In this document: positions 7,727 through 13,233 of the stretch, piece after piece
How the letters are laid out: every line of letters begins with the position of its first letter
Position numbering within the stretch: the first letter of the stretch is position 1
IMG/VR virus record: IMGVR_UViG_2713896898_000002
Location: 1-13,233 of that record
Direction: 5' to 3' (one strand)
Origin: a virus
Taxonomy: Duplodnaviria > Heunggongvirae > Uroviricota > Caudoviricetes
Length of the DNA: 13,233 bases
Translations under genes and position numbers: made by a program
Notes under the pieces: generated by a model
Seen by the model: the letters and a program-made list of their open reading frames with translations, nothing else
What the model was told of the DNA's origin: nothing
Database searches by the model: none

Positions 7727-8067
7727 GGGAAGCCACACTGTATTCCCTGCTGTCTCAATTGGCCGGAGGACAGGTTTATCCTTATGTGGTCCCGCTGACG
7801 GAGGGAAAGCCTGCGGTATCTCCGCCGTGGCTGGTGTTTTCTGTGGTGTCTGACACGGCGTCTGATGTGCTTGATGGTCAGGCTGAATCCAGAATTACCG
7901 TGCAGATCGATGTCTGGGCAACGGTGCCTGATGACGCAGATGATATCCGAGAACAGGCGCTTGATGCGGTAAGGCAACTTGTACCCTCCGTTATTTCTAA
8001 AACGCAGGGTTATGATCCTGATTCCCGTCTGAGCAGAGCCACGCTTGAATTTCAGGTAATAGCCTGA
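7723..8067 (+). CDS. Tail terminator / tail completion protein (DUF3168-like)
   Basis: 114-aa ORF immediately upstream of the major tail gene. The pattern ...LYSLLS...VYPYVVP...PWLVFSVVSD...ITVQIDVWA... resembles the DUF3168 family. Confidence 0.6.
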   Translation: MREATLYSLLSQLAGGQVYPYVVPLTEGKPAVSPPWLVFSVVSDTASDVLDGQAESRITVQIDVWATVPDDADDIREQALDAVRQLVPSVISKTQGYDPDSRLSRATLEFQVIA

Positions 8068-8087
8068 GGTCGTTAATGATTTTACCC

Positions 8088-8114
8088 ACCCGCCGCTGGC
8101 GGGTTTTTTATTTT
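8088..8114 (+). terminator. Intrinsic terminator-like hairpin upstream of the major tail gene
   Basis: Stem acccgcc (8088-8094), loop gct, stem ggcgggt (8098-8104), then TTTTTTATTTT (8104-8114). It sits between the tail terminator stop and the major tail SD. Confidence 0.55.
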
Positions 8115-8126
8115 CAGGAGACGAGT

Positions 8127-8831
8127 ATGTCCTCTAATTTTGAGCGTTCGCAACTGACGAAAATTATGATTTCGTCTGCACCGGTAACAGCAGAAACCCT
8201 GGATTCTGCCAGCTATCTTGGCCTGAGCTGTACAATCAAAGAGGTGCAGTTTACCGCAGGACAAAAGCAGGATATTGATGTCACCACGCTGTGTTCTGTT
8301 GAGCAGGAAAATATTAACGGTCTTGGTGCCGCGTCAGAGATTTCCATGTCAGGCAACTTTTACCTCAATGCTGCCCAGAACGCGTTGCGCAGTGCCTATG
8401 ACAATGACACCACGTATGGCTTTAAAGTTATTTTTCCGTCAGGAAACGGATTTACCTTTATGGCAGAGGTGCGTCAGCATACCTGGTCTGCAGGAACCAA
8501 TGGTGTTGTGGCTGCAACGTTTTCCCTGCGCCTGAAAGGTAAACCTGTGCTGATGACAGAGCCGCTGAAAGTGAAGGTCGATTTAAACAGCACGCTGCAG
8601 GTTTCTGCCGGAGCGAAACTCGAAATGATGGTTGAGGCTGCCGGTGGTGTGCCGCCTTATTCTTATGCCTGGAAAAAAGGTGGTTCTCCTGTTTCCGGAC
8701 AGACGGCGGCAACGTTCAGTAAGGCATCAGCAGCATCCGGTGATGCGGGTGCGTATACCTGCGAGATTTCTGATTCAGCAAGCCCGGTTAACAAAGTGAC
8801 CTCCACTTCCTGCACTGTTACCGTCAGTTAA
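8127..8831 (+). CDS. Major tail protein with C-terminal Ig-like domain
   Basis: 234 aa from ATG 8127, with SD AGGAG at 8116-8120. The track ORF start at 8076 would read through the terminator hairpin and is rejected. The C-terminal ~85 residues (KVKVDLNSTLQVSAGAKLEMMVEAAGGVPPYSYAWKKGGSPVSG...GAYTCEISDSA...VTVS) have an Ig-like signature, as seen on lambda gpV and other siphovirus tail-tube proteins. Confidence 0.85.
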   Translation: MSSNFERSQLTKIMISSAPVTAETLDSASYLGLSCTIKEVQFTAGQKQDIDVTTLCSVEQENINGLGAASEISMSGNFYLNAAQNALRSAYDNDTTYGFKVIFPSGNGFTFMAEVRQHTWSAGTNGVVAATFSLRLKGKPVLMTEPLKVKVDLNSTLQVSAGAKLEMMVEAAGGVPPYSYAWKKGGSPVSGQTAATFSKASAASGDAGAYTCEISDSASPVNKVTSTSCTVTVS

Positions 8832-8845
8832 TGAGGATAGATGTG

Positions 8846-9217
8846 ATGACTAAAAATATCCGTAATCTGGCACTGGCAACGATGTCGGGGTTTCGCCATA
8901 AAACTGTTGATGTGCCTGAATGGGAAGGGGCAACGGTTGTGTTACGGGAACCTTCTGCAGAAGCCTGGTTGCGCTGGCAGGAGATCGTTAAAGCAAAAGA
9001 TGATGAGACACCGTTATCCGTTGCGGAGCGCGCCCGCCGAAATCTGGAGGCGGACGTTGAACTGTTCATTGATGTTCTGTGTGATACCGGGCTGCAACCT
9101 GTATTTTCAGAGGATGATCGTGAACAGGTGATTGCCGTGTATGGCCCGGTGCATGCACGGCTTCTTCGCCAGTCTCTGGAACTGATCAGTGATGCCGGAG
9201 AGGTTAAAAAAAAGTAG
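8846..9217 (+). CDS. Tail assembly chaperone (gpG-like), zero-frame product
   Basis: ORF directly after the major tail gene, ending ...AGEVKKK* at TAG 9215-9217. SD GAGGA at 8834-8838 precedes ATG 8846; ATG 8831 is an alternative start. The position and acidic character fit gpG-like chaperones. Confidence 0.8.
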   Translation: MTKNIRNLALATMSGFRHKTVDVPEWEGATVVLREPSAEAWLRWQEIVKAKDDETPLSVAERARRNLEADVELFIDVLCDTGLQPVFSEDDREQVIAVYGPVHARLLRQSLELISDAGEVKKK

Positions 9218-9519
9218 CGCTTCCGGGGATGCGTTTTCTGATGATGCTGGCGCTCAGGATGGGGCGCACATTGTCAGAGTTACGCCGGGAAATGTCCGCA
9301 TCAGAAATCATGATGTGGGCAGAATTTGACAGGTTCAGCCCGCTGGGGGACGAACGGGCTGATATCCGGGCTGCCCAGATTGTTTCAGCTGTTTACGGTG
9401 CGCAGGGGGTCAAAGTGCCACTGAATGATGCGCTTCTTCAGTGGGAGCAGGAGCAGACAGAAGGCGCCTCAGATCCATTTGCCGGACTGGAAAACGCGCT
9501 TTTAATAGTGTCTCAGTGA
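8846..9519 (+). CDS. Tail assembly chaperone GT fusion (gpGT-like), produced by -1 frameshift at 9208-9214
   Basis: After a -1 slip the reading continues ...GEVKKK-VALPGMRFLMMLALRMGRTLSELRREMSASEIMMWAEFDRF... to TGA 9517-9519. The G/GT frameshift pair directly upstream of the tape measure gene is a conserved feature of long-tailed phages. Confidence 0.75.
9208..9214 (+). promoter_or_regulatory. -1 programmed ribosomal frameshift slippery heptamer A_AAA_AAG
   Basis: In the G frame the last codons are GTT AAA AAA AAG TAG. The heptamer A AAA AAG (9208-9214) is the same slippery motif as in E. coli dnaX. The -1 frame has a TAA at 9205-9207 just before the site and is then open to 9519. Confidence 0.75.
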
Positions 9520-9527
9520 GTCAACAT

Positions 9528-9549
9528 AACCGCTTCGGCGGTTTTTTTT
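9528..9549 (+). terminator. Intrinsic terminator-like hairpin with UUCG tetraloop between the GT and tape measure genes
   Basis: Stem aaccgc (9528-9533), loop ttcg (9534-9537), stem gcggtt (9538-9543), then a T-run through 9549. Confidence 0.55.
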
Positions 9550-9559
9550 CGTCCGGAGA

Positions 9560-12500
9560 ATGAGTGTGGCGACATTACGTGAACTGATTATTAAAATTTC
9601 GGCAAACTCCCGGTCATTCCAGTCAGAGATCGCCCGGGCTTCGCGTATGGGGCAGGATTACTACCGCACCATGCAGAACGGAGGCCGGCAGTCTGCTGCT
9701 GCATCCCGTGAAATGCGGCGTGCACTGGCAGAAGTGACGGATCAGATAAATACGGCGAAGTCTTCGGCACTGAATATGGCGGGGGCATTTGCCGGTGCTT
9801 TTGCCACTGGACATCTAATATCTCTTGCGGATGAATGGAGTTCAGTAAATGCCCGTCTGAAGCAGGCCACGCAGTCAAGTGATGATTTTCAGGCATCACA
9901 ACGTGAATTAATGGCAATCAGCCAGAGAACGGGGACGGCTTTTTCTGATAACGCCAGCCTTTTTGCCCGCTCTGCAGCTTCCATGCGGGAGTATGGTTAC
10001 AGTTCTGAGGAGGTACTGAAAGTCACCGAGGCGCTCTCCACGGGCCTGAAATTATCCGGTGCCAGTACAGCAGAAGCCAGTTCGGTGATCACGCAGTTCA
10101 GCCAGGCACTGGCGCAGGGAGTGCTGCGCGGTGAAGAATTTAACGCCGTGAATGAGAGCGGTGATCGTGTTATTCGTGCGCTGGCCGTGGGAATGGGCGT
10201 TGCCCGTAAGGATCTGAAGGCCATGGCGGATAACGGAAAACTGACCGCCGATAAGGTTGTTCCTGCACTGATTAGTCAGCTTGGGGCGTTGCGTGATGAA
10301 TATGCAGCAATGCCTGATACGGTTTCATCCTCTGCAACCAAAGTTGAAAACGCCTTTATGGCCTGGGTTGGTGGTGCGAACGAGGCAAGCGGAGTGACGA
10401 AGACGCTCTCCGGGGTGCTGAATGGTATTGCAGGCAATATTGACACCGTGGCAACCGCTGCCGGTGCTCTGGTTGCCGTCGGGGTAGCCCGATATTTTGG
10501 CAATATGGCGTCTTCTGCTGGATCTGCAACTGCCGGATTAATTACTGCAGCCAGAAACGAAGTGGCTCTTGCGGAAGCGCAGCTCCGGGGGACGCAGATA
10601 GCAACAGCCAGGGCGCGTGCGGCGGTTTATCGTGCGCAACAGGCGGTTGCTGCTGCTCGCGGTACCGAAAGGCAGGCAGCCGCAGAATCGAAACTGGCTG
10701 CTGCCCAGGCGTCACTTACCCGTAATATTGCGGCCAGAACAGCAGCACAGACAACACTGAATAATGTCACGTCAGTGGGGAGTCGTCTGTTAAGTGGGGC
10801 ACTGGGACTGGTTGGGGGTGTGCCGGGGCTTGTCATGCTGGGGGCTGCGGCCTGGTACACGATGTATCAGAATCAGGAGCAGGCCAGAGAATCTGCACGC
10901 CAGTATGCCGCAACAATCGACGAAATTCGCCAGAAAACGTCGGCAATGTCGCTTCCTGAAGCGTCAGATAATGAGGAAAAGACGCGGCAGGCACTGGAGG
11001 AACAAAATCGCCTGATTAGCGAACAGGAAGGAAAAATTCGCGGACTGAAAAATCAAATTGCTGATTATCAACGTTGGCTTGATGAAAGTTCGCAGAGTGG
11101 TTCGGGTGCTGAAATCATCCTTAAAGGGCTTGCAGAAGCAACAAATCAACTGGCAGTTGAACAGTCTCGCCTAACTCAAATGCAGGGCAAAGCGCAATCC
11201 ATTCAGGATGTGCTTGCCGGGCTGGAGGAGCGACGGGTGGCGTTGATCCGTCAACAGGCGGCGGAACAAAACAAAGCGTATCAGTCCCTGTTGATCATGA
11301 ACGGGCAGCATACCGAGTTTAATCGCCTTCTCGGGCTTGGTAATGAATTACTTCAGCAGCGACAGGGGCTGGTGACTGCACCATTACGGCTGCCACAGGC
11401 CACCCTGGATGATAAGCAGCAGACTGCACTGAATAACAGCAAGCGCGAACTGGCTCTGTCCCGTCTGAAGGGGGAAGCGCGTGAGCGTGCCCGACTGGGC
11501 TATGTTGCGGATGATCTTGGTTTTGTGGGGGAGGCGTATCAGACAGCCAGACAGAATTATATCAATAACTCACTGGATGCATGGCGAAATAACCAGGCAA
11601 ATAAACCCAAAACACATAAAAAGACCGAAGCGGAAAAAACAGAAGATATTTATAAACAGCTGATTAAACAGCAAAAAGAACAAATAGCACTGGCAGGGCA
11701 AAATACTGAACTGGCTAAGATGAAATATCAGGTCAGTCAGGGCGAATTATCAACCCTGTCAGAAGCGCAGAAAAAAACGCTTTTACAGAATGCGGCACTC
11801 ATCGACCAGAAAAAAATTCGCGAGCAGCTTGCCGCGTATGAAAGCAGTCTGGCGGACAGTAACGCCAGTGTCAGAGCATCAAATGAGGCTCAGTTACTGG
11901 GATATGGTGAAGGCTCACGGATGCGTGAACGACTTCAGGAAATGTGGAGTATCCGGCAGGCGTTTGAGCAGAAAAATAATGAGCTGCTGAGACAGTATCA
12001 GACCGGAGAAATTGAAGAATCCCTGTGGAAACAGGAAAAAGCACTGAATGAAAAATATCTGGAAGAGCGTCTCAACGATCAGCAGGATTATTATGCAAAG
12101 GCTGATGCTTTACGCAGTAACTGGAATGCCGGACTCCAGGAGGGACTGACGAACTGGGCAGACAGTGCCACTGATTATGCTTCGCAGGCGGCAGATGCTG
12201 TCGTTTCCACTATGGACGGGCTGGTATCAAATATTTCCGATGCACTGGCCGGGAATGTTGTGGACTGGAGAAACTGGGGGAGTTCAATTCTCCAGGAAGT
12301 TTCAAAAATTCTGATGAACGCTGCCATCGTTAACGGGCTGAAGTCACTTTCCAAAAGCATGTCCGGTGCCGGAGGATGGCTTGGTACGGTCGGCGACTGG
12401 CTTTCCGGTGCAGTGGCAAACGCAAAAGGTGGTGTTTACACATCGGCAAATCTGAGTGCTTACAGTAACACCATTGTGGATACACCGACGTATTTTGCTT

Positions 12501-12778
12501 TTGCGAAAGGTGCCGGGCTGATGGGCGAGGCCGGGCCTGAAGCTATCATGCCACTGACTCGGGCAGCGGACGGCTCTCTTGGAGTCAGAGCCATTGGCAA
12601 TGTGAATGGTGGCGGTGGATTTGTTTATTCTCCCGTGTATCACATCAGCATTCAGAATCAAGGGAGCAATGGCGAGACAGATACGCAGTCAGCCAGGGGG
12701 CTGGTGGATCTGATCGACAGCAGGGTTGTGTCAATTATGCAGTCATCACGTCGGGACGGAGGATTATGCAGTGCCTGA
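9560..12778 (+). CDS. Tail tape measure protein (lambda gpH-like)
   Basis: 1072-aa ORF, Ala/Gln-rich and largely helical, with internal hydrophobic segments. The C-terminal region (...WADSATDYASQAADAVVSTMDG...NWRNW...RDGGL...) resembles the lambda gpH C-terminus as recalled. It follows G/GT and precedes gpM-like. GTG 9566 (6 nt after SD GGAGA) is an alternative start to ATG 9560. Confidence 0.93.
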   Translation: MSVATLRELIIKISANSRSFQSEIARASRMGQDYYRTMQNGGRQSAAASREMRRALAEVTDQINTAKSSALNMAGAFAGAFATGHLISLADEWSSVNARLKQATQSSDDFQASQRELMAISQRTGTAFSDNASLFARSAASMREYGYSSEEVLKVTEALSTGLKLSGASTAEASSVITQFSQALAQGVLRGEEFNAVNESGDRVIRALAVGMGVARKDLKAMADNGKLTADKVVPALISQLGALRDEYAAMPDTVSSSATKVENAFMAWVGGANEASGVTKTLSGVLNGIAGNIDTVATAAGALVAVGVARYFGNMASSAGSATAGLITAARNEVALAEAQLRGTQIATARARAAVYRAQQAVAAARGTERQAAAESKLAAAQASLTRNIAARTAAQTTLNNVTSVGSRLLSGALGLVGGVPGLVMLGAAAWYTMYQNQEQARESARQYAATIDEIRQKTSAMSLPEASDNEEKTRQALEEQNRLISEQEGKIRGLKNQIADYQRWLDESSQSGSGAEIILKGLAEATNQLAVEQSRLTQMQGKAQSIQDVLAGLEERRVALIRQQAAEQNKAYQSLLIMNGQHTEFNRLLGLGNELLQQRQGLVTAPLRLPQATLDDKQQTALNNSKRELALSRLKGEARERARLGYVADDLGFVGEAYQTARQNYINNSLDAWRNNQANKPKTHKKTEAEKTEDIYKQLIKQQKEQIALAGQNTELAKMKYQVSQGELSTLSEAQKKTLLQNAALIDQKKIREQLAAYESSLADSNASVRASNEAQLLGYGEGSRMRERLQEMWSIRQAFEQKNNELLRQYQTGEIEESLWKQEKALNEKYLEERLNDQQDYYAKADALRSNWNAGLQEGLTNWADSATDYASQAADAVVSTMDGLVSNISDALAGNVVDWRNWGSSILQEVSKILMNAAIVNGLKSLSKSMSGAGGWLGTVGDWLSGAVANAKGGVYTSANLSAYSNTIVDTPTYFAFAKGAGLMGEAGPEAIMPLTRAADGSLGVRAIGNVNGGGGFVYSPVYHISIQNQGSNGETDTQSARGLVDLIDSRVVSIMQSSRRDGGLCSA

Positions 12779-13112
12779 GTCTGAAGTTTTTAACTGGATC
12801 CCCCGCGAGGGGATGGAGACGACACGAAAGCCATCTGTTATTACGGTAAAGTTCGGTGACGGATATGAACAGCGACGGGCTGGTGGTCTGAATGCGGATC
12901 TGAAAACGTTTAAACCGGTGTTTCGTGTCACAGATGAATATTCCCGTGCTGCGCTGGACAGTTTTTTATCCCGTCATGCCGGGATACGTGCTTTTTTGTG
13001 GCGTCCGCCAAAACACAACAGAACCGTCCGGGTTGTCTGCAGGGAGTGGAGTATTTCGGATAATGCCATGTATACCGATTTTAACTGTACCTTTGAAGAG
13101 GTCACTCACTGA
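12771..13112 (+). CDS. Minor tail protein (lambda gpM-like)
   Basis: The sequence ...KPSVITVKFGDGYEQRRAGGLNADLKTF...FLWRPP... aligns with lambda M (...VRKVRFGDGYSQRAPAGLNANLKTY...FLWTPP...) as recalled. Proposed start is GTG 12771, with SD GGAGGA at 12758-12763; the track start TTG 12726 lies inside the tape measure gene. Start codon uncertain. Confidence 0.8.
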   Translation: MPESEVFNWIPREGMETTRKPSVITVKFGDGYEQRRAGGLNADLKTFKPVFRVTDEYSRAALDSFLSRHAGIRAFLWRPPKHNRTVRVVCREWSISDNAMYTDFNCTFEEVTH

Positions 13113-13233
13113 TGCAGGATATACAGCAGGAAACACTGAATGAGTGTACAAAAGCGGAGCAATCCGCGCTGGTCGTGCTCTGGGAAGTCGATCTGACAGA
13201 GGTCGGCGGAGAGCGTTATTTTTTCTGTAATGA
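13112..13233 (+). CDS. Minor tail protein (lambda gpL-like), 5' partial, runs off the window
   Basis: MQDIQQETLNECTKAEQSALVVLWEVDLTEVGGERYFFCN is near-identical to the recalled lambda L N-terminus (MQDIRQETLNECTRAEQSASVVLWEIDLTEVGGERYFFCNE...). Its ATG overlaps the gpM-like stop as TGATG. Confidence 0.85.
   Translation, partial: MQDIQQETLNECTKAEQSALVVLWEVDLTEVGGERYFFCN

Noticed and set aside
8076-8126. Extended 5' start (ATG 8076) for the major tail protein given in the ORF track
   Set aside because: The extension would translate through the terminator hairpin and T-run (MILPTRRWRVFYFQETS), whereas ATG 8127 has a canonical AGGAG SD at the right spacing.
10794-11015. 73-aa plus-strand ORF inside the tape measure gene encoding a very basic peptide (...RKRRQCRFLKRQIMRKRRGRHWRNKIA)
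   Set aside because: It lies in an alternative frame of the tape measure CDS; the arginine-rich product is the expected by-product of reading a Gln/Ala/Glu-rich coding sequence out of frame. No SD or independent evidence, so it is not called as an embedded gene.
12726-12770. Extended 5' start (TTG 12726) for the gpM-like ORF given in the ORF track
   Set aside because: The extension lies inside the tape measure coding sequence and has no SD. Alignment with lambda M and a GGAGGA SD favour GTG 12771, so the upstream 15 codons were not included.
1-13233. Search for tRNA genes, CRISPR repeats, integrase or attachment sites, and defence or toxin cargo
   Set aside because: No repeat-spacer periodicity, no cloverleaf-like conserved tRNA sequences noticed, and every ORF of significant length is accounted for by lysis, packaging, head or tail functions on one strand. 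No evidence for such elements in this window.

Overview
This window is a contiguous, same-strand (+) late-gene block of a temperate lambdoid siphovirus or prophage, most likely from an Enterobacteriaceae host (several proteins align closely, from memory, with phage lambda Rz, Rz1, H, M and L). It is mosaic: the 3' end of a lambda-type lysis cassette (tail of an upstream lysis gene, then Rz with embedded Rz1), an HK97-type packaging and head module (HNH endonuclease, small and large terminase, portal, prohead protease, major capsid protein), four head-tail joining genes, and a lambda-type tail module (major tail protein with a C-terminal Ig-like domain, G/GT chaperone pair, tape measure, gpM-like, start of gpL-like). 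Genes are tightly packed with ATGA/GTGA/TGATG overlaps. I see no tRNA, CRISPR array, integrase, transposase, toxin-antitoxin or defence-like cargo, and no intergenic gap large enough to hide a moron. I do not find an undescribed system here; the points worth a second look are smaller: a 39-bp in-frame tandem duplication at the 5' end of the small terminase gene, an unannotated small membrane ORF between large terminase and portal, a dnaX-like A_AAA_AAG frameshift site joining the G and T frames, three similar hairpin terminators inside the late operon, and a candidate cos region. All calls rest on reading the sequence and recalled family knowledge; no database search was run.
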